Part shown: positions 13,318-26,025 of the stretch, piece after piece
How positions within the stretch are numbered: the first letter of the stretch is position 1
How the letters are laid out: every line of letters begins with the position of its first letter
DNA from: Podarcis bocagei
Taxonomy: Eukaryota
Reading direction: 5' to 3' (one strand)
DNA length: 64,000 bases
Assembly: GCA_964188305.1 (NCBI GenBank)
Contig: OZ076897.1
Position numbers and translations under genes: made by a program
Notes under the pieces: model-generated
Database searches by the model: none
What the model was told of the DNA's origin: nothing
Seen by the model: only the letters and a program-made list of their open reading frames with translations

Positions 13318-13759
13318 NNNNNNNNNNNNNNNNNNNNNNNNNNNNNNNNNNNNNNNNNNNNNNNNNNNNNNNNNNNNNNNNNNNNNNNNNNNNNNNNNNN
13401 NNNNNNNNNNNNNNNNNNNNNNNNNNNNNNNNNNNNNNNNNNNNNNNNNNNNNNNNNNNNNNNNNNNNNNNNNNNNNNNNNNNNNNNNNNNNNNNNNNNN
13501 NNNNNNNNNNNNNNNNNNNNNNNNNNNNNNNNNNNNNNNNNNNNNNNNNNNNNNNNNNNNNNNNNNNNNNNNNNNNNNNNNNNNNNNNNNNNNNNNNNNN
13601 NNNNNNNNNNNNNNNNNNNNNNNNNNNNNNNNNNNNNNNNNNNNNNNNNNNNNNNNNNNNNNNNNNNNNNNNNNNNNNNNNNNNNNNNNNNNNNNNNNNN
13701 NNNNNNNNNNNNNNNNNNNNNNNNNNNNNNNNNNNNNNNNNNNNNNNNNNNNNNNNNNN
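13318..13759. other. Assembly gap or masked segment (442 N)
   Basis: Run of N in TRA2A intron 1, ending 185 nt upstream of coding exon 2. Confidence 0.99.
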
Positions 13760-13944
13760 TTCGAGTAGGGAACTATTTGAGGAAATCACGCAAAGTTAAC
13801 AGTGGGTTAAACAGAAGTTTGTCCTGGAGGGTATTGCCTAACCATTTGTTTTTCAGGCACAATCAATAAAATATAGTTACTTTAATATAAGAAGGTAGGC
13901 ATTTGTGCAACCACTACCATTTGTAATACTGCTTTTTTTGTTAG

Positions 13945-14078
13945 GAGTCGCGCTCCCAGTCAAAATCTCCAGCTGGGAGTCCTGCTCGTGTAAAATCTGA
14001 GAGCAGGTCAGGATCGCGTAGCCCATCAAGAGCTTCCAAACATTCTGAGTCACGCTCTCGATCAAGATCAAAATCCAG
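13945..14078 (+). CDS. TRA2A: TRA2A coding exon 2 (RS1 domain, ESRSQSKSPAGSPARVKSESRSGSRSPSRASKHSESRSRSRSKS)
   Basis: TTAG|GAG acceptor, AG|GTATGT donor, 134 nt, in frame with exon 1. Confidence 0.97.
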
Positions 14079-14490
14079 GTATGTGTCTGTTGTTATACAT
14101 TCTGTCTTTGCATAAAACTTACTTATTTTGGGCCTTCAAGGTATTGAGGGGTTTCATGGAAGAGATTTTGAGTTGTACTTTTTAAGAATATTTTATATGG
14201 ATTATTTTTAAAACGTCAGACCTTGTCCTTTAGCAAGGTTGAACTGCTACTCAGAGTAGCATAGAATTATAGGAAGCTCCCTTATACAGTAGACCACTTG
14301 TCCATCTCACTCAATACTGTGTACACTTGCTGCTTGTCACTACCCAGAGCTTCAGACAGCCCTATCGGGAGATGCTGGGGTTTGAAACTGAACCTTTGGC
14401 ATGTGAAGTTTTTCCTGTGCCATGCAGCTACAACCCTTCTCCACAGTGAGGTTGTTGTACCTCCTCATGGCCAAGTTGCAGCACCAACTA

Positions 14491-14541
14491 CACCATGGAA
14501 GTGCTCTGAAAATTTTCCACCATGGAAGTGCTCTGAAAATT
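14491..14541. repeat. Short tandem duplication (24-nt unit, 27-nt period)
   Basis: CACCATGGAAGTGCTCTGAAAATT at 14491 and again at 14518. Confidence 0.9.
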
Positions 14542-15499
14542 ACCCTGATAGCTATAGGAGATATGAAAATTCTCCTTTCTGATGTCACAAGGCTTTGTGC
14601 CTCTAACTAGAGAACAGTTTGTAGATTACCATCACATAAGACAAATTATAAGACAAATCAGATCCTAAAATGTAAGAAAAGCTATCTCCTTTCTGTCCCC
14701 AGTGACAGTGAAGCTTCCATAAACTGGCATTCCATACAATGGCTTGATTTTCACGCAACAATAAATCACCTAAGAAATAAACCATGGCATCCTGTGAATG
14801 AGAAACATGTGCGCACACTGCACAACCACTCCTGCTTTGCTTCATTCTGCCTGGAACCAAGAGAAACAAATCACAAGGCTGGTTTTGTTCTCCTTTAGCT
14901 TCTACTCATGATTTAACTTGGTTCCACGACAGACCAAGCAAAACAGGAGTGATTGAGAAACGTGACTTACCATGACATGTGAACCAGTTCTTTGTGGTGT
15001 TTTATATGTTCTGTGGTGAACTGCTACCTTATGAAATTGTTGTATTGAAACACCATTACATGGCTAGCGATTACTCAATAAATTACCTGCACAAGTAGTT
15101 AAGAAATTCAAATTGTAATACAATAAAGTGCAATGAAAGAAATAAAGAAGCAGTCAGTACAATTAAATCATATACCATCTAGCACAGCACAATACAATTG
15201 CTACAAAATGCAGAAAAATAATTGAGTGGTCCACCAAGACCCTAAGCAATTTTCATGTGGTCCTTGTGGGGGGAAGTTTGGGAGCCCCTGGAACAGATAA
15301 ATGTTGAAAATGTTATTTACATTTTACAAAATGTTTATTTTAAATTACTTGATATTTTAAAACTGTGCCAGAAACTTACTTTGATATGCTTTCAGGAGCA
15401 TATATATAAAAAAATAATGCATGAATTTATGAAAACTTCAATATTTCTATAGTGCTTCACGGATGTTTTCATATAACAAATAAAATGTATCATTTGAAG

Positions 15500-15659
15500 G
15501 TCCAGGTCAAGAAGGCATTCTCACAGGCGTTACACTCGCTCTAGATCCCATTCTCATAGAAGGCGATCACGAAGCAGATCATACACTCCAGAGTACCGGC
15601 GTCGAAGGAGCCGCAGTCACTCTCCAATGTCTAACCGAAGAAGGCACACTGGCAGCAGA
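15500..15659 (+). CDS. TRA2A: TRA2A coding exon 3 (RS1: [53 protein letters not shown])
   Basis: GAAG|G acceptor, AGA|GTATGT donor, 160 nt; frame continuous. Confidence 0.96.
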
Positions 15660-17642
15660 GTATGTAGTGTAAGCTTGTAGGGAAATTATTTTAAATCTCA
15701 CTATGAATATATGTATAAGAAAAGCTAATCCATTTAACTAATTTATTTTTGTTGATTAGGCATAACATCCACAGCTTGCAGGTTTCTGCGGTCAAGAATA
15801 AGAGGAGCCTTGGCATTTTCTGCTTGTCAGGTCTATTAGCGTTTACCCTAGCAACCAGCAGTATGAATACCCCACAGTACTTTCCCAAACAAGGAAGTGT
15901 AGGGGAGAGGAGCACCCTGATTTTCTCTTAAGGGGTGGGGGGTGCTGGTGGTGGAAAGAACTGGTGGCTTTATGGGAGGAGGCCCCCCCAAAAAACCAAA
16001 CCCAAGAGGTGTGTAGTTCTTTGCAAGAACAGACAACTTTGATATCTAATAGCTTTCAAAAGATTTAAAGTTGGGTGTGGGAAATGAGATTTAAATCCTT
16101 GCTGTTATGAAGATATTTGGGTAGACTAGATCAGCTGTCCCCATCATGGTGTCTTACAGATGTTTTGGACTACAACTATCGGCCCCTGTCAGCAGGAATC
16201 ACAGATACAATTTCTTCAGAAATTTTGCATCTATCCTGTGCCAGTTTAGGGAAAGTTATATGTCAGAGGCATTTCATGATAAACTGTTGATTGACTTTAA
16301 GTGGCCAGGCAAATTTAGTGGTTATTTTTGGCCCCACCTTGCCTTTTGAAATTGAGGTATGGTGGAAGCAGCTGAAATTGGCAAAACCCCTCTGATAATT
16401 ATGGGCACAGGACTCTGTCTTTGCCTCTATTCTGGTTTTGCTATGCCGCATCCCTTGTGGTAGGCTGGTAGGATACTCTGAGTTACTCTAATTTACATAA
16501 AAATTATTTATGTAAATATTGAGTCATCATGGGATGCAGGAGTCTGTAACTCACTCCCATTCCAAGCCACCATTTTGCCTGCTGGCTCTGGCAAAAAAAA
16601 AAAAAAAAGGATCCTGCAAGCCAAAAGTCAGGTGTTTCTATATTTCCTACACTGTATATAGATATGATTATACATTTTAAAATTATGGAGTTACAACATC
16701 TTAAGGCTCCATTTGTTAAACTGATCTGATTTTAGGAGTGGGAAAGGAACTTGAGATCCTTTCTACTCTCCTTGGAGAGTTTTGGAGCACATGTGCGGGT
16801 GGTACAAAGCAGGTATGTTTCCATTGTATGGCTGATTAAATGTTCCCTCTTTTGTAATAAGACACTGAGGAAGTTAACAAGACCTGTTTGGCTACTTCAA
16901 GGAAGTTGTTCTTGAACAGAAAGGAGAATTGCAGGCAAATGTCTGAAACACAGTCTTCAGTCAGTGTTGAAACCAGAATGCTATATCATTCCATCTACCC
17001 ATCACTAGATGGTAAATACATGTTTTAAGCTGTAAAAGATGGAACCATCATGACATCAACAGAATGCAGCATTTTGGTCAGATTTCAAAGAATTAATTCT
17101 CTTGTTTGCAGCAAACATGCCCTTTGCATGTTGTGGGCTGCAGTTTCTATCATCCCTAAGCTTTGGTCATGCCGACTGGGGCTGATAGAAGTTGTAAGTT
17201 CAAGACTTCTGGAGAACCCAATGTTGGCTACCCCTGCAATCTAATCTTGTAGCCCAAAACATCTGGAACGCACCATGTTGGCTACCCCTGTATCTTGCCA
17301 TAACTGCATTAGAACCCCTCTAGCCAGTATATTGTCAAACCTCTGTAGGATTAGCTGCTCTGTAGTAAGTCCAGCCAATTTGCTGTACTCTCTCTGCAGC
17401 CAATGTGCCCCTCCCCCTAGTCAGCATAATGAAGCGAGACCTTCTGAATCCTCTTTCATTATGAGAATTGGATCCAGTGGTGGAGTAGGCATAATAGATC
17501 TTCCTTTCCCTTCTTGTTTTACTCAGAATGTGCAGTTATCTAAAATACCTTGCTGCCTATGTCAGTGAAAGAATGAGTGAGTGTGCAACTGGCACTGTTC
17601 TAGACATGCTTTGATACTTGAATTTGGTTCAATTTTTTTTAG

Positions 17643-17831
17643 GCTAATCCAGATCCTAATACATGCCTTGGCGTGTTTGGCCTCAGTTTGTATACTACTG
17701 AGAGGGATCTTCGTGAAGTCTTCTCTCGTTACGGACCTTTGAGCGGTGTCAATGTGGTTTATGATCAACGAACTGGACGATCAAGAGGATTTGCTTTTGT
17801 TTACTTTGAAAGAATAGATGATTCTAAAGAG
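17643..17831 (+). CDS. TRA2A: TRA2A coding exon 4 (RRM: [51 protein letters not shown])
   Basis: RNP2 LGVFGL and RNP1 RGFAFVYF; TTTAG|GCT acceptor, GAG|GTAAAT donor, 189 nt. Confidence 0.98.
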
Positions 17832-19037
17832 GTAAATTTATTAAGTTGGGAAGGTTGCAAAGTTTACCAGTGATTATGAGGCTGTAGAGGTTTCCCCACA
17901 GAGTTGAGATTCCCTGCAGACCTCCAGGTCATTTGAGAGGCCTGGAGGAGTCACACAAACCTTGGGGCCAAGGCAGAACATAAGCATATAATGAAAGGCA
18001 AATTAAACACTCTCTCTCTCTCTTTTAAAAAAGTTGTAATAGTACTGTATAAATCTGTGAATCAGCCACAGTTGTCCAGTGCAGATCTCCCTCCTGATTG
18101 CTAATAATAATCAAGACTAAATGAAGACTCTGAGAGTGTACACTCTGTGCCCACTTGTATGTAAATTCCCTCTTAACCACACTGTAGGGTTACACCTGAT
18201 AAATGTAAACACTAACCAGGATTTCAAACTAGGCATTTGAAAAAACTGCATTTGAGAGAGGAGAAGCATAATAAGCTTCTGAAAAATAAACTGGCATTAA
18301 AACTTAAATTTCAGTTTTTAGCTTCAGTAAATAAAGTAGTAATATAGTTTTAATCAAATCATGTGGCTGCTAGAATGCATAATTTTGACTGAGAATGTTT
18401 CCTCGTGTTTACACAATCATATATAATATGAAATTTGATTTGCTGGTTACTGTAATTCTTAAATCTACTTGGTTGTGCCTCATTCATGAGGGGGAGCATG
18501 TACTTCAGGCTTTTTAAAAAAACAACAGCTATGCTATGTCATTTGGGTCTGTTTGATTCCAGAGACTATGTTGATGATGTGTCAGTACTTATGTGAAGCT
18601 GTTTGATAAAAGTATGAAATTTGAATGGTAGTCTTTGTTGGTGTTCCTTTGCATAATAGCATTTTCCAAGTTGTCTTGGAGTAACTGTATATTGGTATGA
18701 CTAGTGCTATAATCTATGATGCTTTGATTCAGGAATTTCATTTGTTTTTGTAGTGTGGACCTTTGGGGGAGAGAAGATTCTTTAAAACAGTGTTTGCTGT
18801 GTTTCAGTGATAGAAAGAAATCACTAGGTGGCGATATAGTCCACATTTAATCACATTTGAAGTACTGAATCAAAGTGTAGAATGTTCTAGTTTTTATTTT
18901 TAATTTCTTACAATGTAAACAGTAGCCATGTGGAACTTGATTTTCCCCTAGTTTAAGCCCTAAATTATGAATAAGCCTTTTTTCTAGGGCTGGAGTTAAA
19001 CAAAAATCCAGTGCCAAGAATGTAATACAATAAAAAA

Positions 19038-19192
19038 ACCTGAAGTGAGTGTTCGGTTTTTGAACGTTCTTTTGGAAGCCGATTATCTGACGAGGCTTCT
19101 GCGGCTTCTGATTGGCTGAAGGAGCTTCCTGCAGCCAATCAGAAGCCACACTTGTGGTTTTCGGATTCTGTTAGACTTCCAAGGTACAACTG
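19038..19192 (-). mobile_element. Partial Tigger-like MITE (family of 61502-61742)
   Basis: Ends TTCCAAGGTACAACTG+TA, the reverse complement of the 61502 element's 5' end; shares CTTCTGATTGGCTG. Confidence 0.65.
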
Positions 19193-20259
19193 TAATGTTT
19201 AGGTTGGGTCAAAAGCAACCATTTTGTCCAAAGAAGGGGTTGCCTGCTCACAAAAAGGCATACTGTGGCATTCTTGAACAACTACAAGCATGACGGTTGC
19301 TGTACAGCCTACCTGCTGTAGATAAACAAACTCTTTGCTAGTACTTCCATAAGCATTTGTGAAAAAGCAGTGCCATATATTTTCTCCAGTCCATATTAAG
19401 CAAAAAAAGAAAAAAGGAAAAAAATATTTGCATCAACAGACATGGAGTAGGTAGCAACCAAGAATCTCCACCACAACCACACACACAAAAGGGAGCAAGG
19501 GTCAAACCTTTTAACAGGATTTATGTAAATTTGCTTATGGATTATTAATAATAAAATAGGGGTAATATTTTTCTTTGATTGTATTTTAGTGTTTTTATAT
19601 TGTGAACTGCCCTGTGATCTTCAGATGACAGGTGGTATAGAAATTTAATAAATCATCATTATATCATTGTAAATTATTGATGCTGTCTAATTTGCATGAT
19701 TAAGAATAGAGCTAAAAACTCACTGTTAATTGAGGCAAAGCATATAACATCCATGAGAGTGCATTAGAGATAGAGCCTGATATGAATGCATTGTTTGAGT
19801 GAACTGCCATGTGGTGAGTGAGTAATTAGGAAGTTGTATAGGCTGAACCTGCCATTTTACTAAGCTCTGCTGGAATAGGTCCTTGTAAGTGAGACAGAAA
19901 GCATGAAATGGCAGCTGAACAGCAGTAGTAACCCAGCCATGTGCACCCTGCAGGAAGCCACACTAGTGTGTGGTCCCTTTGCTTCAAGGGAAATGGCTCC
20001 CTGTTTACCTTTTGGGGAGCTTTAAAGGCAAAGTGTCAGGAATGCATCAGCTTCTTAGCAGGGTGCTGGCTTTAAAAGGGATCCTATTTCACTAACTTTA
20101 ATGCCCCAAGTCAGTGGAGACATTTTAATTCTCTCTGCTAGAGAAAAGACGGTCCACTGATTAGCAGGATACTAATAACTAAAGACAAGCTGAATTTGCT
20201 TAATGAGAATAAGCACTAATTTCTTGTTACTGGAACTAAAGTGTCTGCCTTCTTTGCAG

Positions 20260-20375
20260 GCAATGGAACATGCAAATGGAATGGAGCTGGATGGCAGGAG
20301 AATCCGGGTGGATTATTCTATCACAAAGAGAGCACACACGCCCACCCCTGGAATCTACATGGGCAGGCCAACCCA
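20260..20375 (+). CDS. TRA2A: TRA2A coding exon 5 ([38 protein letters not shown])
   Basis: TTGCAG|GCA acceptor, CA|GTAAGG donor, 116 nt; includes the TRA2 linker [10 protein letters not shown]. Confidence 0.98.
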
Positions 20376-20841
20376 GTAAGGAGTTTTCCCGGCTTAATCA
20401 GAAGAACTGCATTTTAGAGTCTGTGATTCATAAGAAACTATGTTGTTAATAAATGCAATAGTTCTGTCTCTTCATAGGCTAATCACTGTCTTACTCGAGA
20501 AATCCCTTTTGAAGATCCATTCGTTTCATGTTCTTTAAACTTATTGTCATTATTTCCATGCCACCTTATAACTCACTGTTGCTGAGTAGCATGCATTACA
20601 ATGCACTGTGAACAATAATTACAAATACAATTAAAGGCAAACAGTTCTGGAAAACGCTGCCCGTTAAATGGCCTAGAGAGCTATCTAATCCTGTAGCTTA
20701 AGCCAGTGTGGACCTGAGTAATCCCTTGAATGGGAAACCCTGCAAGCTGCAAGTTTAAATCTTAAAAATATTTTTTTTCTCTTGAAATAAGAGGAATCCT
20801 AATATTTTGCATAATGCATCTTTTCTTCTCTCCCAAAAAAG

Positions 20842-20961
20842 TAGTGGAGGTGGTGGCGGAGGAGGAGGAGGTGGAGGAGCTGGACGTCGCCGTGATTCCT
20901 ATTACGACAGAGGATATGACCGAGGCTATGACAGATACGAAGAATATGATTACCGTTACAG
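20842..20961 (+). CDS. TRA2A: TRA2A coding exon 6 (poly-Gly plus RRRDSYYDRGYDRGYDRYEEYDYRY)
   Basis: AAG|TAG tandem acceptor, AG|GTATGC donor, 120 nt; the Gly tract is typical of TRA2A. Confidence 0.95.
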
Positions 20962-21169
20962 GTATGCATTCTGATTTAAATGAAAAGGCTCAGAGGAAAT
21001 CTTTGTCGCAAGCATGAACATTGCATAGGCATAGGCAGACACATGGGCAGGAGCTGGTTACAGAGTGAGGCTGTAGTATGCAAAGTTGGAGAAGGAGGTA
21101 AAAGAAGAAAGGGATCGTGTGGCCCACTGAGTGTGAGGGGAGAGTGAATGGGAAAGATGGGTTCTACAG

Positions 21170-21306
21170 CAGGCATAGGCAAACTCCGGCCCTCCAGGTG
21201 TTTTGGCCTACAACTCCCATCACCTGTAGCTAACAGGGCCAGTAGTCAGGGATGATGGGAATAGTAGACTCAAAACATCTGGAGTTCCGGAGTTTGCCTG
21301 TGCCAG
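21170..21306. mobile_element. hAT-type palindromic MITE
   Basis: CAGGCATAGGCAAACT..AGTTTGCCTGTGCCAG with an imperfect 8-bp TSD (TTCTACAG/GTCTAAAG); internal sequence resembles 26026-26161. Confidence 0.75.
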
Positions 21307-22891
21307 GTCTAAAGGGACAAGCAGACTGAGCAAGAAGAAAAGGAGAAGCCTTGGGCTGCTGTAGAGCCTTCTGGTCCCTGTGCTTCTTTGTCTTCTGGAC
21401 ACACATACCAGCCCCCCCTTTATTCCTGTTTGGTTTGCTGGCAAACTAGATGAAAGCTTTATATTTCAAAAGTAGTAATAAAGTAGGGAAAGGGATAAGA
21501 GTGGGTAGCTGTTTTAGGAAGAGGAAGTTAATGTGAAAGGAACACAGAAAATGGATGAAACATTGGTGGTTGGGATAAGAATATTAAAAGCTGCCTTCAC
21601 TTACCCTCCCTGCTTTAAGCAGAATTTGCTGATCCAAAGTCATGTCAGTACTTGAGCTCCCTGCTGCAAGAAGATTGCTCTGGCATAGGACTGAGTTGTT
21701 TCTAAAGAAGGGTTAAATATCAATAGAAAATGCCTGTAATTGCCAGGCAATTGTGCTGATCTCTGGGTTCATCCATCCTCATTTAATTGCTGACTCCATC
21801 CTTCCACTACCATTTTGTGACTGGTGGGCCCCACTAATTTTAGCCCTCAAGTGGGCCCTAGGGGTAGAAATTTTAAAATAACTTTATAGTCTTCAAAAAT
21901 TCTGTTAGTTCATATAGTGATCTATAGTTTGTATAGTGATTTATGGTTTGTTGCAAATAAGATTATTGCATCCATATAACTTCTTTCCAATTTATTAAAG
22001 CACGTTTAGCCTGTTTTACAAACTCTGCAGTAGTCTCAAAGCATATAACAATAAATATTTTGAAACGAAATAATTAAAGCCAAATCAGCCAAGTAAAATA
22101 GCTTAAACATCTTAGAACTGAGAAAACAAAAAAACCCAGTACCTGATAAAACAGGGAATTAAAACTATTCCATATAAAAGCTAACCTATGGTCAACAGTT
22201 TATAGTAGCATGTTGTAATCATATATGTGTTTTTTTCACACCAGTCTAGTTACATCTCTCTGAAAATCAAACTTATCCAACATCTCTTCTAACCAGGGAG
22301 CTTGGATAGCAAGTTGTGTATATGTAGTATTACATCTTAGTGTGCCATATGACGTTGGTGTTGAAATGAATGGGTTGAGGAGGACTAGATGATCTTTGTA
22401 GTCCCTTTCAACTCCAGGTTTCTTTGGCACAAGAACCACTATCTGTTGCAGCTGCAGGAGCACGTTTGAGGGTGAAAATAACATGCCCATGAGTATGGTA
22501 CCCAGAAATTAGTCTGCCTTACATTTGGTCAGGTATAACAGTAGATACTTATGAGAGCTTAAAGATACAGACTTAAGTGAAAAAGAGGTGTGTGTGTGTT
22601 TGTTTGTTTTCTTAATCTGTTAATGTATTATGGTTTGTAAAAACAATGTTTCCATATTAATCAGCACCTTAAATCACTGTGGAATACTATTTAAGAATAG
22701 GTGTCTTTAAATTTGTCCAATATGCTGTGGGGGAGAAAGAAACCATGCAGATGAAGCTTGGTTCTTCCATTTGGTAAAAATGTGTATGCTGTACAAATCA
22801 TTTGACAATATTTTTTAAACTCTTGAATAGTACATATGCCACATGTACTAGAGCCACTGCTAACAAATACATTTGTATACTTTCTTCAAAG

Positions 22892-22959
22892 GAGGCGATC
22901 ACCTTCACCTTACTATAGTCGTTACAGATCACGGTCAAGATCCCGTTCCTACAGCCCAA
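22892..22959 (+). CDS. TRA2A: TRA2A coding exon 7 (RS2: RRSPSPYYSRYRSRSRSRSYSP)
   Basis: CAAAG|GAG acceptor, A|GTAAGT donor, 68 nt. Confidence 0.97.
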
Positions 22960-23368
22960 GTAAGTATAACAGCAGTCTCACCAGAGTGGTTACGGCAGAG
23001 GAAACATCAAATCAAAGCACTGCCTGGCTTCCCGCCTGCCCCACCCCCTTTAAAAAGTCTTTCCAATTTGCCTTATGGATATCCTCTAGTGATTAGACAG
23101 TAGCAAGGATACCGTGTTCAGAGCTCCTGTTCCGTCTGTGGATCTCCCTCTCCGCTTGCAGACGGGGATCTGCAAAATCCTATAGCGCATGCAACACCTT
23201 CACAGGGACCATAGGATTGCAAGCCTAAGTAAACCATTTGTATCTAGTTGAAGTTGTTTTTAGCAAAATGAAGTGTGACAGAAGGGGAATGCACTGATGG
23301 AGAAGGAGAAACAAATGAATATGGAATTATGAACTGATGGTTACAGTGTTCTCTCTTCTTTCTTTCAG

Positions 23369-23379
23369 GGCGCTATTGA
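23369..23379 (+). CDS. TRA2A: TRA2A coding exon 8 (RRY-stop); total CDS 834 nt, 277 aa
   Basis: Strong polypyrimidine acceptor TTCTTTCTTTCAG|GG CGC TAT TGA; exon lengths sum to 36+134+160+189+116+120+68+11=834. Confidence 0.95.
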
Positions 23380-24210
23380 AGAAGAGAAGCTAGTCACAGT
23401 TGCAAATACAATTTTTAAACAGCAAGTTCCGAACTTCGCTTTCCCTATAGATCCCCTGCAGTTATCTGAAACCCTATTAAAAGGTCCTTGGTTCATTTAG
23501 AATATATGTATTTTCAGTTGAAATACCAGTTTTCCATCTCTTCTTATTGTAATACTCCAGGTGTAATTGTTGTAGCTTTATGTACTTAAATATCTTTAAG
23601 CGAAAACTAAATAGGAAACCCAAAGTGGTAATACGTTTTGTGAATTTTTTTTTTAAAGCAAGTGGATTTTTGTTGAACGTAATGGGGAAGGAAAACAGAA
23701 GTGTGTTAAAGCCCTGCATGTTGTGTTTCAGTAGAAATCTACTATTTTAATGAACTGTTCATCTTTCTGCCTATTACTTTTGAGGAAGAAAGTGTTGTTC
23801 TGTATCTTCAGTTATAGCCCAAGTCAGTGCATGCTCTTAAACCAGAGCATTTTCACTCATTTTCTCAATACAGTGATTTAATAATAATAATAAAAAACAT
23901 TGGAGGAAAGTCTTTGAAAAAACAAAATTCTCGTATACTACAAATTTCACCTTGGCATGTGTTTAATATAATCACAGTGTTAATATGGATGACATTTGAA
24001 ATTTGGTTAATATTAAATTGACTGGAAAACGTTCTTATGTTTGCCCCATAATCAGGACAGGCCTAATTTACTGGGCGTAGAAAATATTTGATCTGTTCTC
24101 AGCAGTTCTATATGGAAATAAAATTATGGTTAAGCAGGTTCTGTTTGGTACTATGGATTTCAAAACTATTATTTTTCTTCTCAAAATAAATTTAAATTCT
24201 ACCAGTGCAG
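23380..24210 (+). terminator. TRA2A: TRA2A 3' UTR with candidate polyadenylation signals
   Basis: AU-rich and repeat-free; AATAAA at 23889, 24117 and 24185. The site actually used cannot be determined from sequence. Confidence 0.6.
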
Positions 24211-26025
24211 TGTTTCAGCATTTCATACAATTGGATAGATATGTTAAGTTTCTTGCAAGGAATTAACAAGTAGTATATCCTGAAATCTTGGTATTGGATC
24301 CAACCTAGGTTAGCTGCTCTTTAAGTCCCATCAGTTTCAGCTAAATTAGACTGGAACCAACCCTTAGATTTAGAGTTGGGGTAGCGGTGTGCACAATAAA
24401 ACATATGAGTCTGCTTCTGGAGAGAGATCCAACAGCATCTTCCCTAAAACTATGGACAATCTGGTGTCACTGAAATTCAGCACATGGAAAAAGAATTGAG
24501 GGATTAAGCTCTGGTGTATCACTCCCTATATTAGTAAAGTGAGTGTTAAGATATATCGAACAGCAAAATGGATGGAGAGATGGGGCAAGATGGGAACCCA
24601 ATAAATGGGATAGAGCATATGGGCATGCAAAAAATTATTATTATTATTATTAGTTCGTTAGAAGAGAGCTTCTCCCCAGGATCAACAGGAGCTGTGTATG
24701 TGCATAGCTCTCAGGCTGCATGCAAATATAGGTAGCAGAAAACAGTATGGAGGGGTTGAGCCCTCAGCTGGCCAAAGACAGGTCCCACACTGAAGAGAAG
24801 CAGGAATCACGGGGGGGGGGGGGGAGGGAGAACTGGCATCTTGGTGTGTGTTACATCCTAGGTGGGAGCAATTGCCATTGGCCCATACACTGCAAGACGC
24901 TAAAAAAAGTCATGATGCCCACATCACCTCCTGCCTCACTTTTTGGTTTGTCTTGCAAGAGTACCAAAATTCCAGGAAAGCTCAGTATTTAAAAACAGGC
25001 AAACATTTTCTTTTCCCTAGTTGTCCTTTCTGGGAGCAAACACCACTTTGTGGTACAACTAATGGTCAACCATACTACAATACTGTGTGTAGCTTCTGTG
25101 TTGAGTAAACTCTTCAAATCTTGGTGTAAGGGATGAACTGGAAGGCACCCACAACAAAACTTTAAATTTTTTAAAAAACAGCATTAGAATGCATGATATT
25201 TACCTGGAAAACAAAGAGGAGCAAGTATGTGCAACCCAAACTTTCTATCATTAAGCATCGTTAGGCTTAAGCATAAGTGCTTATACAATACATACATGCA
25301 TAACCTAAAGTAATACAAATATCTGTGGCCAAGGAAGAAAAAAGTACTTCTTTCTTGACAGAAGCTTTGACTTCATCCTTTTGAGTCTCATCCTGTGATG
25401 TGGAGATTGCCTTTCATTTGTACACACAAATTGCCTCCCTTTCCCCTCATTTACCAGCTCAAACGCATACTGGTCTCCGCGGATAATGTTTGATGTGCAG
25501 AATGGTTTGGTATATAATTTCAAAGCATTCAATATGTAAGACAAATGTTCCATATCCTGTCTCATCTGAAATTTACAGGCACTTGGAATGATTGAGAATC
25601 TTCACCATTTTTAGGCATTTAGTTTGAACTCACAAGGGGCAAGCAGTCTGTCAAGCCCTACCCCCGCCCCCGGTTACACTGCATTGGCTGCAGAGTGTGC
25701 CTGGCTAATGTATGAGTGTCATTAATCTGAAAGGGGCTGCTTTACTCACATATTGAGGATTTTGCTCTCTGGCGTTATCTGGTGTTGGATGTTTATAACA
25801 ATTTCAAAACGTATTATTGTGACAAATGTAGCTGAGTCCTAAGCCATGTAAGGCGGCAAAGCCCAGGATGGCGGGGAAGACAGTTGATGAGTTTTTCCTG
25901 TAAGCTACATGTGTTCAGATGTTTATAAACTTGTGTTCTCAGTTATACAAGTGGGGTACAGCAGATATACACATATTAAGCCCACTACATCACATCACCA
26001 TGACAGGCCCCTCTACATTGTAGGG

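Noticed and set aside
13225-13869. ORFs of 214 and 179 aa spanning the gap
   Set aside because: Artefacts of translating N as X.
20269-20271. His in place of the human Arg in the RRM (AMEHANG vs AMERANG)
   Set aside because: A single substitution outside the RNP motifs; cannot be judged unusual without a reptile alignment.
23131-23222. Double hairpin in TRA2A intron 7 resembling an H/ACA snoRNA
   Set aside because: No properly placed H box or ACA; the second hairpin belongs to the common AATCCTAT..ATAGGATT dispersed repeat.
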